The notes beneath the pieces were generated by a model. It did no database searches. It was not told the origin of the DNA and was given only the letters and a program-made list of their open reading frames with translations. From Acidobacteriota bacterium (GTDB lineage Bacteria; Acidobacteriota; UBA6911; RPQK01; JAJDTT01), in contig CBDCJH010000002.1 of NCBI GenBank assembly GCA_965217775.1, forward strand, positions 5,600,001 to 5,664,000: 64,000 nt of DNA, in the 5' to 3' direction. The translations under genes and the position numbers were made by a program. This document shows, piece by piece, positions 40,282 through 51,644 of this stretch (the first letter of the stretch is position 1; every line of letters begins with the position of its first letter).

Positions 40282-40448
40282 GTTGCCTCCAGGGAAGGGC
40301 GGTGAATATTGGGCTCCAGTGTATGGACTTGGCGCAACCGGCACAACCTGAATGGAAACCTGGCTACAGAGCCTGACTTGTCCTGTATAGGGATGCTTGC
40401 TAACTTGAGCGCGAACCGTGAGTTCCCTTCTATCTCGATTTTCTTCGG

Positions 40449-41375
40449 ATGAACCGGACGATGACTGGCGCCCCAAGTTGTAGGAGACTCGGCGCGGCAG
40501 CCCTTCTGTCGGTGCTGTTGGCCGGAGCCGGTTCGGGCTCGTTCGCCCAGACGACGGCCGAAGAGACCGACGATCTCACCGCCGTCGGCCGGATCGTGGG
40601 CACCGATATCAATCGGATCGCGGCCGTCGTGCGTTACCACAGTGCCATCCTGATGACCCGGATGGAGCAGTTCGAATCGGCCTACGAGGCATTGCAGCAG
40701 TTCGTCTATCAGAACAACACCAGTCCGAAAGTGGTCGAGGCCCTGGGGCTGTCCATCCTGCGCATGCGGTATCTTCCTTCCGAGTATCCTCCGGCCAAAC
40801 GGGAACTCGTCATGCTGGCGGGACGGGCCGCGTACGAGACGGAGGCGCGGCGAGCGGAGAACGCCGATCGCCTCTATCAAGAGCTCGTCTCCCGCTACCC
40901 CGACGAAGCGACTGTGCACTATGCCTATGGGGCGTTCCTGATGGGCAGCAAGCCGGACCTGGCGGTCCAACAGTTCCAACAGGAGCTGAAGAAGAATCCG
41001 GATCATGTGCCGAGTCTCCTCCAGATCGCCATGGAGTACCTGCGTCAGGGCAGGTACCAGGAGGCTCTGCCCCTGGCGGAAAGAGCGCACCGGCTGCTGC
41101 CGAACTTCTTCACTTCCAGAAAGGTTCTGGGCAGGGTTCTGCTGGAGACGGGCCAGATCGAACGGGCCGTCCAGGAACTGGAAGCCGGAGTGCAACTGAA
41201 ACCCGAGGACTCCGAAATGCACTTCGCCCTGTCCCGGGCTTACGCGAGAGCCGGTCGAAAAGCGGAGGCGGAGCGGGCGCGGCGCGAATTCCTGCGGCTG
41301 GACCGGATCTACCGGAGCCAGCGAGAGGGTCCGCAGTCCGTCGGCGGTCAGGCGCAGCCTGGAAACTCACCTTGA
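40449..41375 (+). CDS. Exported TPR protein
   Basis: Signal peptide followed by TPR motifs. Confidence 0.8.
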   Translation: MNRTMTGAPSCRRLGAAALLSVLLAGAGSGSFAQTTAEETDDLTAVGRIVGTDINRIAAVVRYHSAILMTRMEQFESAYEALQQFVYQNNTSPKVVEALGLSILRMRYLPSEYPPAKRELVMLAGRAAYETEARRAENADRLYQELVSRYPDEATVHYAYGAFLMGSKPDLAVQQFQQELKKNPDHVPSLLQIAMEYLRQGRYQEALPLAERAHRLLPNFFTSRKVLGRVLLETGQIERAVQELEAGVQLKPEDSEMHFALSRAYARAGRKAEAERARREFLRLDRIYRSQREGPQSVGGQAQPGNSP

Positions 41376-42820
41376 GGCCGCCGGTCGTGGCTCGCGCGGT
41401 TCCCGCCATTTTTTCGCTTTTGTTCCTGTTGGCGCCCCTCCTTCCGGCCCAGAGCGAGCCGTTGCCTCCCGTTCCTGATTTGGTCCCTCGGCTCGACGAG
41501 TTCGACGCCACGAGCCGCAAGCAGATCCGGGAAGCCGGCGAGCAGGTCCGTCTGCATCCCAGGGATGCGGAAGCCAACGGCAGGATGGGCATGCTGCTGC
41601 ATGCTCATCAGCGCTACGAGTTCGCCGAACCGTTTTACCTGCGGGCCCGGCTTCTGGAGCCCGACTCGTTTTCGTGGGCCTACTATCTTGGGAACCTTCA
41701 GGGACGCTTGGGCAAGCCGGCTGAAGCGTTGGCATCGTTGCGGCTGGCGACGAAGCTCAATCCGGACTATCTGCCGGCTCGTTTGGCGCTGGCTGAGGCT
41801 TTGCGGAAACTGGGAAGATTGACGGAAAGCCGGGAACTCTACCGCCGGATCATAAAGGACCACCCCGAGTCCGCTTCGGCCTGGGCGGGTCTGGGCCGGA
41901 TCTTTTGGGAAGCGGGAAAGGCTTCTGACGCTGTCGAGAACTACCAGAAGGCCGTCGAGCGATTCCCCAGGTACGGCGCCGCCCATTACGCCTTGGGGCT
42001 GGCCCACCGGAGTCTGGGCAACCTGGAACAGACCCGGGAACATCTCTCGCAATTCCAGCGCCATTCGGCGCAACAGCCGCCGGTGGAGGACCCCCTGCTC
42101 GGAGCCGTCCAGGTCTTGGGGTCTCGCGCCGGACACTTTCTTCGGGAAGGCTTCGTTCTGAGAGAGGAGCGGAGATACAAGGAGGCGGCCGCCGCCTTCG
42201 AGGAAGTGCTGAAGCTGGAACCCGGCCATGCCATCGCGCATGCCAACCTGGTCTCTCTGTACATCGCTCTCCGGAACCCCGCCAAGGTGAAGCACCACTA
42301 TCGCGCGGCTGTCGCCGGCGATCCCGGCTTGTACAAGACGCACTACAATTTCGGCACCTACCTGGGGTGGCAGGGGCGCACGGCCGAGGCGATCGCCGCA
42401 CTCCGTAAGGCCGTCGAGATCAATCCGTTTCACGCGGACAGTCACAGCAATCTGGGACATCTGTTGGCGCAGTTGGGCAGAAGCGCCGAGGCGGAGAAAC
42501 ATATGCGGCTCGCCATCCGGCACCAGCCCAATTTTCCCCTGCCGCATTTCAACCTGGGACATCTGCTGCTGACGCAGGGAAAGTACGAAGAAGCCGTTCG
42601 GCATCTTCACAAGGCGCTCGACGGCCAGAACGACGGTGATCCCTTGCACGTCTACACCCTGGCTCTGGCCTATGCCCAACTGGGAGAGCTGGAGAAGGCC
42701 GAACACTATGCTCTGCAGGCGAAACGGAAAGCGGTTGCTCCAAACCACGCCGGAATCGCGCGCGACATCGAGAGCCTGCTGACCGAGCTCAAGAGAGCGG
42801 CCAATTCCCATGGGAATTAG
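41372..42820 (+). CDS. Exported TPR protein
   Basis: Signal peptide and ~10 TPRs; overlaps both neighbouring genes. Confidence 0.88.
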   Translation: MRPPVVARAVPAIFSLLFLLAPLLPAQSEPLPPVPDLVPRLDEFDATSRKQIREAGEQVRLHPRDAEANGRMGMLLHAHQRYEFAEPFYLRARLLEPDSFSWAYYLGNLQGRLGKPAEALASLRLATKLNPDYLPARLALAEALRKLGRLTESRELYRRIIKDHPESASAWAGLGRIFWEAGKASDAVENYQKAVERFPRYGAAHYALGLAHRSLGNLEQTREHLSQFQRHSAQQPPVEDPLLGAVQVLGSRAGHFLREGFVLREERRYKEAAAAFEEVLKLEPGHAIAHANLVSLYIALRNPAKVKHHYRAAVAGDPGLYKTHYNFGTYLGWQGRTAEAIAALRKAVEINPFHADSHSNLGHLLAQLGRSAEAEKHMRLAIRHQPNFPLPHFNLGHLLLTQGKYEEAVRHLHKALDGQNDGDPLHVYTLALAYAQLGELEKAEHYALQAKRKAVAPNHAGIARDIESLLTELKRAANSHGN

Positions 42821-44555
42821 GAAGCCGCCGTCCTCGTTCGCAATCAATTGCTTGCTCTCCGTCGCTGTCCTGGGAGCCTGCTCCCTCTCCCGGATTCTTT
42901 TCGCTACCGGCGGCTCGCCTGTCTTTCGAGAAGCCGCTCAAGAAACCGGTCTGGACTTTCACCACTTCATCGGAGCGACGGGCGAGTATTTCTTTCCTGA
43001 GATCATGGGCTCGGGGGTGGGCATGCTCGACTATGACGGCGACGGCGACCTGGACCTCTATTTCGTCCAGGGAGCGATGCTGGACCCGGCCAAGGAAGTG
43101 TCCCAATCGGTGTTTCCGTTTGCCGGAGAGGGAACGCCCCGGAACCGGCTGTTCCGCAATGAACTGAATCCGACGGGAGAACTCCGGTTCACCGACGTCA
43201 CCCGTGAGGCCGGGGTTGGACACCGGGGATACGGCATGGGCTTGGCCGTCGGAGACTACGACTCCGACGGCGATCCGGACCTTTATCTGACCAACTTCGG
43301 ATCCAACGTTCTGTACCGCAATGACGGCGATGGGACCTTCATCGACGTGACCCGTGACGCCGGAGTGGACGATCCTCGTTACAGCGCCAGCAGCACCTTC
43401 CTCGACTACGATTCCGACGGCGACCTGGACCTCTACGTCGCCAACTACGTCTCCTTTACCATCAAGGGAAACCGCAGGTGCGGCGGGGAGCGCCGCGACT
43501 ACTGCGCGCCCGGTGTCTACCAGCCGTTGCCTGACCGCCTCTTTCGCAACGAAGGAAACGGAAGCTTCACCGACTGGTCGGAGGAGGCCGGTCTGGGCCG
43601 GGCCTTCGGAGCCGGTCTTGGAGTCGTGGCCGTCGATCTGAATCTCGACCGCCGCGTGGACGTCTACGTTGCCAACGACGGGACCCCCAACCAGTTGTGG
43701 ATCAACCAGGGGGATGGGACGTTCCAGGACCGGGGCCTGGTGTCCGGGACCGCCTACAACATCGACGGAGTGGCCGAAGCGGGCATGGGGGTCACGGCAG
43801 CCGATTTCGACGGCGACGGCGACGAAGACCTCTTCGTGACCCACAACAAGAAGGAGACCAACACCCTCTATCTGAACGGACGAGCGGCAGGATTCGCGGA
43901 TGCGACCTCCCGCTTCGGGCTGGCCAACGCCAGTGTTCCCTATTCCGGTTTCGGGACGCTCTGGTTCGACTACGACAATGACGGGTGGTTGGACCTCTTC
44001 GTGGCCAACGGAGCCGTGGTCATGGACGATCGGCAGCCGGCCGATTCACCCTACCCGTACGCGCAGGAGAACCAGCTCTTCCGGGGCGACGGGACCGGCC
44101 GTTCTCGAGAGATCGGTTCCGACGTTGCGGGATCGGCACTGGATCTCGTGGAAGTCAGCCGGGGAGCCGCCTTCGGCGACATCGACAACGACGGGGACGT
44201 GGATATCGCCGTTGCCAACAACAACGGGCCGGCCCGGCTTCTCCTCAACCAGGTCGGCTCCCGCAACCATTGGCTGGGTGTCCGGTTGAAAGTGGAGGGG
44301 GGCGGGATGTCGGCCGTCTATCAGGCCCGGGTCGCGTTGATCCGGAAGGGCCACACGCCCCTGTGGCGCCGTTGCCGCTCCGACGGCAGCTATCTCAGCG
44401 CCAACGACAGCCGGATCCTCTTTGGTCTGGGCGCATCGAAGATTGTGGATCGAGTGGAAGTTCACTGGCCCGACGGCGGGTGCGAAGCGTGGGATGGCAT
44501 AGAGGTCGATCGATACGTCACTCTCCGGAGGGGGACCGGCCGACCTTGCGAATAA
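42810..44555 (+). CDS. CRTAC1-family protein (FG-GAP + ASPIC/UnbV)
   Basis: FPEIMGSG, DYDGDGDLD repeats, DGSYLSANDSRILFGLG. Confidence 0.92.
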   Translation: MGIRKPPSSFAINCLLSVAVLGACSLSRILFATGGSPVFREAAQETGLDFHHFIGATGEYFFPEIMGSGVGMLDYDGDGDLDLYFVQGAMLDPAKEVSQSVFPFAGEGTPRNRLFRNELNPTGELRFTDVTREAGVGHRGYGMGLAVGDYDSDGDPDLYLTNFGSNVLYRNDGDGTFIDVTRDAGVDDPRYSASSTFLDYDSDGDLDLYVANYVSFTIKGNRRCGGERRDYCAPGVYQPLPDRLFRNEGNGSFTDWSEEAGLGRAFGAGLGVVAVDLNLDRRVDVYVANDGTPNQLWINQGDGTFQDRGLVSGTAYNIDGVAEAGMGVTAADFDGDGDEDLFVTHNKKETNTLYLNGRAAGFADATSRFGLANASVPYSGFGTLWFDYDNDGWLDLFVANGAVVMDDRQPADSPYPYAQENQLFRGDGTGRSREIGSDVAGSALDLVEVSRGAAFGDIDNDGDVDIAVANNNGPARLLLNQVGSRNHWLGVRLKVEGGGMSAVYQARVALIRKGHTPLWRRCRSDGSYLSANDSRILFGLGASKIVDRVEVHWPDGGCEAWDGIEVDRYVTLRRGTGRPCE

Positions 44556-44556
44556 C

Positions 44557-44637
44557 GTAGGGGCACCTCTTGTGGGTGCCCTCTTACGTCATCACGCGTG
44601 CAAATAAGGAAGGGCAACCACAAGGGTTTGCCCCTAC
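44557..44637. repeat. Inverted dimer of GTAG-type REPs between convergent genes
   Basis: GTAG GGGCACC TCTTGTG GGTGCCC (+) and GTAG GGGCAA ACCCTTGTGG TTGCCC (-). Confidence 0.8.
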
Positions 44638-44638
44638 G

Positions 44639-46351
44639 CTATTCTTCCGTGAGGGTCACGTAGGAGTCGACGGGCAAATCCTCGAACCTCCGGACCCGGT
44701 TGCTGGGAGCCGGCCAGTGGATCTCGACCCAGTCCAGCTTGATCGCCTTGCCCAACCCCAACACCTCGCGCGGATCGTGGGAAGCCAAATAGCTTCCCCC
44801 ACTCGTCTTCAAACGGCTTCGGACGACTCCGTCGGCCGACCACCGGATCAGCGCCCCGATGGCGTCCCGGTTACAGGTTTTCCCCACCAGCTCGAGACCG
44901 ATCCAGTGATTGCCGGCCCCCCACTGGTTCCGTAGAAGCACTGGCGCCTGCCCGTTGTTGGCGACCAGCACGTCGACTCTCCCGTCGTTGTCGACGTCAC
45001 CCACCGTCATCCCGCGGGCCGGATACTTCTCCGCGAAGACGGCGCCCGCCCGCTCGCTGATGTCCCGGAACCTCCCGTCCACGTTTTCGAAGAGCAGCAG
45101 CGGCATGGCGTAGGTGACCTGCAGGGAATAGGAGGGGATCATGTCGTCGGGATGCCCGTTGGCCAGGAACAGGTCCATGTCCCCGTCCACGTCGAAGTCC
45201 AGGAACTTCAGTCCCCAGCCGCTCAGGAGCCGGGTGGACTGCGCCACCTGATTGGGATGGGAGTGGTCGCGGAACAGCTCATTCCCCTGATTCTGGTAGA
45301 GCGCGAACATCTCCTGGTCCACGTTGGCCACGAAGAGGTCCTGCCGGCCGTCCTGGTCGTAGTCAGCGGCATCGACGCCCATGCCGGAGCGCGCCTTCCC
45401 GTTGGCGCTGAACCCCACCTCCGCCAGAAAGCCGATCTCGTCCCACCGGCCGTTCCCCCGGTTCACGAACAGGAAGTTCTGGACCGTGTCGTTGGCGACG
45501 AAGAGATCCATCCTGCGGTCGTTGTTGACGTCGGTGGCGACGACGCCCAACGCCTTGCCCAATGACCGGCCGATGTCGCTCTTGGCTCCGACTTCGGTGA
45601 AGGTGCCGTCGTGGTTGTTTCGGAAGAGCAGGCTCGGCGTCGGTTCGAAGAAGGTGGGGATGCAATAGTAGTTCTTTCCCAACTGGTTGTTGCCGCACCG
45701 CACCGGGTTGTCGATCTGGTATTTGACGAAGCTGCAGACGAACAGGTCGAGCCATCCGTCGCCGTCATAGTCGAACCAGGCGGCGCTGGTGGTCCAACCG
45801 GGAGCCGCCAGACCGGCACTGGGGGTCACGTCCCGGAAGGTCCCATCTCCCTGGTTTTCGTAGAGGATGGCGCGGCCATAGGCGGTGACGTAGAGATCAG
45901 CGTCTCCGTCGTTGTCGTAGTCGGCTGCTGCTGCTCCCATGCCGAAACTACCCGCGGAGACGCCCGCCTCGCGGGTGACGTCGCTGAAGGTTCCGTCGCC
46001 GTTGTTCCGGTAGAGAGCATTGCTGAGCTTCTTCTCCGGCGAGAAGAAATCCGAGCGGCCGTAATTGACCAGATAGAGGTCCACCCACCCGTCATTGTCG
46101 TAGTCGAAAAAGGCGCAGCCGGGTCCCAGGGTTTCCGGGAGATGCCGCATCTCCGACATGGCGTTCTCGTGCACCCAGACGATGCCGCTGCTGGAGGGCG
46201 GGATTTTCGTGAAGAGTCCCGGTCGGGACGGATCGGTCTCGTTCCCCGCCAATCCAGGGGTCAGGAACGCCGCCAGTAAAAGGAGTGGCAATCGGGAAGA
46301 GGGTGCAAGAGAGGAGACGAGGTCGAAGATGTCGGCCTCGATATCGTTCAT
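44639..46351 (-). CDS. CRTAC1-family protein, close paralog of 33415-35154
   Basis: [36 protein letters not shown]; ATGA overlap with the upstream gene. Confidence 0.9.
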   Translation of the reverse strand: MNDIEADIFDLVSSLAPSSRLPLLLLAAFLTPGLAGNETDPSRPGLFTKIPPSSSGIVWVHENAMSEMRHLPETLGPGCAFFDYDNDGWVDLYLVNYGRSDFFSPEKKLSNALYRNNGDGTFSDVTREAGVSAGSFGMGAAAADYDNDGDADLYVTAYGRAILYENQGDGTFRDVTPSAGLAAPGWTTSAAWFDYDGDGWLDLFVCSFVKYQIDNPVRCGNNQLGKNYYCIPTFFEPTPSLLFRNNHDGTFTEVGAKSDIGRSLGKALGVVATDVNNDRRMDLFVANDTVQNFLFVNRGNGRWDEIGFLAEVGFSANGKARSGMGVDAADYDQDGRQDLFVANVDQEMFALYQNQGNELFRDHSHPNQVAQSTRLLSGWGLKFLDFDVDGDMDLFLANGHPDDMIPSYSLQVTYAMPLLLFENVDGRFRDISERAGAVFAEKYPARGMTVGDVDNDGRVDVLVANNGQAPVLLRNQWGAGNHWIGLELVGKTCNRDAIGALIRWSADGVVRSRLKTSGGSYLASHDPREVLGLGKAIKLDWVEIHWPAPSNRVRRFEDLPVDSYVTLTEE

Positions 46352-47322
46352 GAAACTGGTTGGTTTCGTCTTCCAACCTCGGCAGCGAGTTCCTGGGCGC
46401 GTTCCAGGGACGTCGACTTCTCCTCCAGCATGATCCGGCGGACCTCCTGCAGCGTTTCCTTGTCCGCGTGGGTGGTCACGTAGAGCGCGCGGCTGGTGAT
46501 GACGGCGTCGATCTTCTGGGCAACCCGCCGCACGTCGGGCCCCGGCGTATGGGCGATCCAGTTGACCGTGTCTTTGACGGACTGGTAGCGGAAATCGCAC
46601 GAGAGCCGAATCCGGTCGGAGCGGTTCACCAGTCCGCGATGGGCCGTGACATGGCCGAAGAAAATGGCGTCGCCGGGATGGTAATCGGAGGTGCCCCAGG
46701 CGAATTCCGTCGAATCCAGTCCGAATCCCTTGGACCTCGCTTTCTTCGCATCGCTGGGACTGGAGCCCGCGTGTTCCAGGAATCCCATCTTGTGGGAGCC
46801 GACAGCGATGGCCAGACCCCCGATGTTGGGATCGATGTCCATGAGGGGCAACCAGCAGGTGTAGAATCGGTCGGCCTGGTACCCGAGGTTCCTGGCTCCG
46901 TCCTGGTGGGTGCCTACGCCGACGTCATCCGCCGCATCGGGGTCCGGAAACATGACCCGGATGAGTCGCTGTTCCCAGACCGTGACGGCTTCACCGATCA
47001 CGTTCTCCATGATCGCGACGATCTCCGGCGACTCCGCGAGGCGGTTGAAGGAATCGAGCCGTACGATCTTGTCGTAGTACCGCATGTGTTCCGCTTCCGA
47101 AGGGTGGGGGCCTCCGCTCCACATGGGGTCCTCGCTGTCTTTCTCTTCGATGATGTGAGTTTCGTGCAGGACCCCCACGATGTCTCTCTTGACCTGCAAC
47201 ACCCGATGGGGATCGAGCAGGCGCCGCAGGAGGAGGTAGCCGTCTTCGGCGAGGTTTTCCGAAAGGCGCTTGACATCGCCCAAGTGCCCGGTGGAATCCC
47301 TCAGCGCTCGATATTCCATCAT
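46348..47322 (-). CDS. Phytanoyl-CoA dioxygenase (PhyH) family Fe/2-OG enzyme
   Basis: [39 protein letters not shown] motifs. Confidence 0.9.
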   Translation of the reverse strand: MMEYRALRDSTGHLGDVKRLSENLAEDGYLLLRRLLDPHRVLQVKRDIVGVLHETHIIEEKDSEDPMWSGGPHPSEAEHMRYYDKIVRLDSFNRLAESPEIVAIMENVIGEAVTVWEQRLIRVMFPDPDAADDVGVGTHQDGARNLGYQADRFYTCWLPLMDIDPNIGGLAIAVGSHKMGFLEHAGSSPSDAKKARSKGFGLDSTEFAWGTSDYHPGDAIFFGHVTAHRGLVNRSDRIRLSCDFRYQSVKDTVNWIAHTPGPDVRRVAQKIDAVITSRALYVTTHADKETLQEVRRIMLEEKSTSLERAQELAAEVGRRNQPVS

Positions 47323-47329
47323 GGCGGTG

Positions 47330-48106
47330 TCAACTTCCTTTCTCCGATTCGTGGAAGGCGTCGATTCCGGCCCGGACCGCATTCAGAACCAGGTAGTAGT
47401 CGGGACCGAAGCCCAGGAAGGTCAGGCCCTGGGCCTTGCGCATTTTCAATTCGTCAGGTGTCGTGGAACCGATCCCGATGGCGACCCCGTTCTTTTTCCC
47501 CATCTCCACCGCGTATTCGATCACCGCGTCCGTTTCCGGGAAGGGCATTCCCATGGGATCGAAGCCCATGGAGAAGCAGAGATCCCACATCCCCAGATAG
47601 AGGGCGTCGAGACCCGGAACCGACATGATCTCTTCCAGGTTCTCGACCGCTTCCGTGGTCTCCAACAGCGCGGAGACAATGATGTTGTCGTTGGCCCGGC
47701 TGATGTAGTCATCGGTGTCGATGGTGTACTGGCTGGCCCGCATCGGTCCCCAACCCCGGATTCCGTGCGGCGGGTAACGGGTCGCGGCTACCAGGGCCTC
47801 GGCCTCGGCCGCAGTCCTCAACATGGGAGCGATGATGCCCAGGGCGCCCATGTCCAAGGCGCGTTGAATGAACACATGCTCATGGGAGGGGACGCGGACG
47901 ATGGGTACGGTGTCCGTCCCCTTGATGGCCATGAGGAGGTGCTCGATCTCGGCCGAGTCCAAGCCGTTGTGCTCGGTTTCGATGACCAGGAAGTCGAGCC
48001 CCACCTGCGACATCAGCTCGGCGACATTGGGACTGCCCAGCCCCATGAAGGTGCCGAGAACGGCCTCCCCGGAATTCAGTTTTCCTTTTGCGCGGTTAGT
48101 TTGCAT
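47330..48106 (-). CDS. HpcH/HpaI aldolase family
   Basis: DFLVIETEH, PIVRVP, RALDMGALG, YPPHGIRG motifs. Confidence 0.92.
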   Translation of the reverse strand: MQTNRAKGKLNSGEAVLGTFMGLGSPNVAELMSQVGLDFLVIETEHNGLDSAEIEHLLMAIKGTDTVPIVRVPSHEHVFIQRALDMGALGIIAPMLRTAAEAEALVAATRYPPHGIRGWGPMRASQYTIDTDDYISRANDNIIVSALLETTEAVENLEEIMSVPGLDALYLGMWDLCFSMGFDPMGMPFPETDAVIEYAVEMGKKNGVAIGIGSTTPDELKMRKAQGLTFLGFGPDYYLVLNAVRAGIDAFHESEKGS

Positions 48107-48136
48107 TGTTCAGAAGAATCTCGGTTTGCCAAGTTC

Positions 48137-49111
48137 TCAATATTTAGTCCCGCTCTCGTCCACGTCCGCCGATCCCTCCCGGGTGACGTAACCAGCGCCC
48201 GAATCGTAGAGCCGCCGCTGGTAGTCGACGGAAGTTTCAACGGCCTTCAGAAAATTGATTTGTCTCTCCAGGGCCTCCTGGAGACCGGGTCTCGCCGCCT
48301 CTTCGCCGATGCCGGCCCGATACGAGATTTCCGGAGGAACCAAGCCCATGTAGATGGAAAGGTATCCGTCGAAACCGATCTCCTTCAGGGTACTCAAGAT
48401 GGCCGGATAGTCGGCGTGGCCCTCGCCCAGGAAGCAGTGATTGGTCTCGTTCACGTGCATGACCTTGATGCGATCGCCTGCCGCCAGGAGAGCGCTGGTG
48501 ATGGAGGCCTCGGAGATGTTCATGTGGTAGATGTCCGGCTGGATGCCGACGTTGGGCAGGTCCAGGTCGTCGATCAGGCTGATGGCGTCGAAGACGGAGG
48601 TCATGATGCCGGAATAGGCTTCATAGCGGTTCAGCGGCTCGAACAGGACGGTGATGTCCCGCTCTATCCCGTACTCACAGATTTCTCTTGCGCCCTCGAG
48701 AAAATTGCTTCTCAGAACGTGCATGGGCAACTTGGGGAAGGGGATCTGCGGGACAGGAGTCTGGGAAGCGCAGATCTGGTAGTACGTTGCCCCCAGGGCC
48801 GACGCCAGGTCGACGCAGGCCTTGCCGTAGTCGATGCCTCTCTGCCGGGCTTCCACGTCGTCGCCGGCCAGGTCCCTGCTTTCTCCGGCGTGATGATACG
48901 CCCAGGCACCCAGAATTTCGTTGACCTCAAGTCCCGTGGAATCCAGCAACCGCCGGAACTTGTCGACATCGAGCTTCTGCGGATTGCCCGGCAGGTCGAC
49001 GGCGTCGAACCCGGCCCGCTTGATGGCTTCCAGGATCGGCTGCGGCGTCTCGAGTATGTAGTGTCCGATTCTCCCGATGGTCTCGGAGATGACGGAGTAT
49101 TTGAACGCCAT
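48137..49111 (-). CDS. Sugar phosphate isomerase/epimerase (TIM barrel)
   Basis: EPLNRYE, DIYHMNISE, HVNETN..GEGH motifs. Confidence 0.9.
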   Translation of the reverse strand: MAFKYSVISETIGRIGHYILETPQPILEAIKRAGFDAVDLPGNPQKLDVDKFRRLLDSTGLEVNEILGAWAYHHAGESRDLAGDDVEARQRGIDYGKACVDLASALGATYYQICASQTPVPQIPFPKLPMHVLRSNFLEGAREICEYGIERDITVLFEPLNRYEAYSGIMTSVFDAISLIDDLDLPNVGIQPDIYHMNISEASITSALLAAGDRIKVMHVNETNHCFLGEGHADYPAILSTLKEIGFDGYLSIYMGLVPPEISYRAGIGEEAARPGLQEALERQINFLKAVETSVDYQRRLYDSGAGYVTREGSADVDESGTKY

Positions 49112-49126
49112 TGGGGGATCCCTCCT

Positions 49127-50167
49127 TCAGTTGGATTCCAAGTCGACGGGTTTCCTCGTCCTCATGGACTCATAGACGGCGTCGATGACCCGCATGTTGC
49201 CGAGGCTGAACTCCGGGGAAACCCGGTGCGGCGTGTCCGTCTCGAGGCATTCCACGAGATGGTCGAGCTGCAGGGCGAACTGATCTACGGGGGCGAAGCC
49301 GTGAATTTCATGGTCGAAGTTGTCATGGAACACTTCGATGGTGGCGGGCAGGTCTTCCTTCTCGACGAACTCCTGTTCCCTCACGCTCCGTTGGTCGAAC
49401 GGCAGGTCGGCGCGGATCCACCCGGTCAGGCCCAGCACCTCCGTCGCCTGGCAGTAGCCGTATTGATAGCTGGTGGTCAGTTGGGCGGTTGCACCTCCCG
49501 GAAACTCAAGCTGGATGACGGCCGACATGTCCGCGTCGGAAGACTCGATAAACCGGCCCACCGCATAGGCCCGGTGGGGCTCCTCGCCGATGACGAGTCG
49601 CGAGAAATGAATCAGGTAGCAGGCCGTGTCGTAGACGGACCCGCCGCCCCGCCGCCGATCATAGCGCCAGTTGTCCGGCTTGGCGAATCGAACCAACGGC
49701 GAGGAGAATGTGGCCTGGACGGAGACGACCGGGCCGATCCCACCGGAGTCGACGATCTCCTTGATCCGGACATGTTGCGGATCGTGCCGCCACTTGAATG
49801 CTTCCACCAGCACGACGCCGTTCCCGCGGGCGGCAGCGACCATCGCTTCGCATTCGGCGGCGTCGCCGGCGATGGGTTTCTCGCACAGGATGGCCCGGAC
49901 GTTTCCCGAGTTCGCCGCGGCGATGCTGACCGGGGCATGGGCAGGTCCCCAGGTGGCGACGATGGCGATATCGAGCCGTTCTTCCGACAGCATTCGGTCC
50001 AGGTCCGTATAGCGATTGGGGACCTGGAAGCGGTCGCCGAAGGCGTTCACGGCCTCGGCGGAAAGGTCACAGGCGGCGGCCAACTCGACTTTGGGGTTGC
50101 CGAGGCAGGTGACCGCGTGGTCCAGTGCGATGGTCCCGGTGCCGATGATTCCTGCTTTCAAGGCCAT
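49127..50167 (-). CDS. Gfo/Idh/MocA oxidoreductase
   Basis: GIIGTGTIA, LCEKP, GGGSVYD motifs. Confidence 0.92.
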   Translation of the reverse strand: MALKAGIIGTGTIALDHAVTCLGNPKVELAAACDLSAEAVNAFGDRFQVPNRYTDLDRMLSEERLDIAIVATWGPAHAPVSIAAANSGNVRAILCEKPIAGDAAECEAMVAAARGNGVVLVEAFKWRHDPQHVRIKEIVDSGGIGPVVSVQATFSSPLVRFAKPDNWRYDRRRGGGSVYDTACYLIHFSRLVIGEEPHRAYAVGRFIESSDADMSAVIQLEFPGGATAQLTTSYQYGYCQATEVLGLTGWIRADLPFDQRSVREQEFVEKEDLPATIEVFHDNFDHEIHGFAPVDQFALQLDHLVECLETDTPHRVSPEFSLGNMRVIDAVYESMRTRKPVDLESN

Positions 50168-50307
50168 GGTCAGGTTCCGCACATTCTATTGGAATGCGCG
50201 CGCCGCCGATAGCTGCACCGGTGCCATTGCTGGGTCGAGGACGTATACTCGCTCCTAGCAAGGATGCAGGCGTCGTTCCGTTGTCATCCAGGAGGAGGAA
50301 TACGCAA

Positions 50308-51636
50308 ATGAAGTGGTTCTCGACGATATTCGGTCTCTTGCTCGCCGTCTCCATACAGCCGGACGCTGAAGCTGGTGACAAACCGAACGTTATCTTCATT
50401 CTGGTCGACGATATGGGATATGGCGACGTGGGTCCCTACGGCGCCACGGATCTCCAAACCCCTCACCTGGATCGCATGGCTCGGGAGGGAGTCAAGCTCA
50501 CGGACAATTACGCGGCGGCCCCTGTGTGCACGCCGACGCGTATCGCTTTTCTTACCGGGCGCTACCAACAGCGTAGTGGGATCGAATGGGCGTTCGCGGG
50601 CGCGGGGTCTCCGGGACTGTCCACGTCGGAGACATCCGTGGCCAGGATGGTGAAGAATAACGGCTATGCGACGGGACTTATGGGGAAGTGGCACGTGGGA
50701 ATCACCCCCGAGACGGGACCAAATGCCCACGGATTCGATGAGTTTTTTGGTTTCCTGGGTGCAAACATCGATTTCTACACCCATCGCGAGGTGATTCCGG
50801 AGAGAGGTCTTCCCGATCTCTACGAAAACGGCAAACCGGTGAAGAAAGATGGGTACATGACCGATCTCATCACCGAGCGGTCCGTCGACTTCATCGAACG
50901 CCACGCGGGCAAGCCGTTCTTCCTCTTCGTCTCCTACAACGCACCTCACTGGCCGTTCCAGCCACCGAACCGGCGCTGGGTTGCGACGGCGGAGAATCGG
51001 CTGGAAGGGACCCGCGAGGACTACAACGGCATGGTCGAGCGAATCGACGATGGGGTCGGCGAAATTTTGGATGTGCTCGATCGGAAGGGTCTGGCCGCCA
51101 ACACCCTGGTCATCTTCACCAGCGACAACGGAGGCGAGCGCCTCTCGCGCACCACACCTTTCTTCAATCACAAGGCCACATTGTGGGAGGGCGGGATTCG
51201 AGTTCCCGGCCTGGTCCGTTGGCCGAAACGCCTCCCGGCCGGCAAGACCTCCGATCAGCAGGTCATCACCATGGATTTCTCGGCCACCATCCTGGCGGCC
51301 ACGGGGAGTGCGCCGCCGGAGGGACGCACCCTGGACGGTATCGACATCCTCCCTATCCTGAACGGAGAGAAACCTCCACAGGAGCGCACCTTCTTCTGGC
51401 GCGTCCGGTTCGTGGGCGAATGCAATCCACAGCGGCCCTACTGGCAGTGCTATGTACAGAAGGCGGTCCGCAAGGGGCACTGGAAATACGTCTTGGACGG
51501 CGTTGAGCAGGTAGACATGTTGTTCGATCTGAGGACCGATCCGAGTGAGCGCCAGACGCTGACCTACGAGAAACCGGAAGTCGTGGAAGAAATCAAGCGC
51601 CTGTTCGCGAACTGGGAGCAGGACGTAGGCCAGTAG
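50308..51636 (+). CDS. Cys-type arylsulfatase family
   Basis: PNVIFILVDD, CTPTR..LTG, GKWH motifs; AGGAGG RBS. Confidence 0.93.
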   Translation: MKWFSTIFGLLLAVSIQPDAEAGDKPNVIFILVDDMGYGDVGPYGATDLQTPHLDRMAREGVKLTDNYAAAPVCTPTRIAFLTGRYQQRSGIEWAFAGAGSPGLSTSETSVARMVKNNGYATGLMGKWHVGITPETGPNAHGFDEFFGFLGANIDFYTHREVIPERGLPDLYENGKPVKKDGYMTDLITERSVDFIERHAGKPFFLFVSYNAPHWPFQPPNRRWVATAENRLEGTREDYNGMVERIDDGVGEILDVLDRKGLAANTLVIFTSDNGGERLSRTTPFFNHKATLWEGGIRVPGLVRWPKRLPAGKTSDQQVITMDFSATILAATGSAPPEGRTLDGIDILPILNGEKPPQERTFFWRVRFVGECNPQRPYWQCYVQKAVRKGHWKYVLDGVEQVDMLFDLRTDPSERQTLTYEKPEVVEEIKRLFANWEQDVGQ

Positions 51637-51644
51637 GGGCGACG

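Noticed and set aside
40449-41375. Short TPR gene that may have an internal deletion
   Set aside because: The frame is intact with a signal peptide, and a deletion cannot be supported without homolog alignment.
47270-50212. Long antisense ORFs (980 aa here; also 12-1103, 1364-3193, 6905-8458, 41348-42847, 50284-51801, 54371-55888)
   Set aside because: They are shadows of GC-rich real genes on the opposite strand and have no recognisable motifs.
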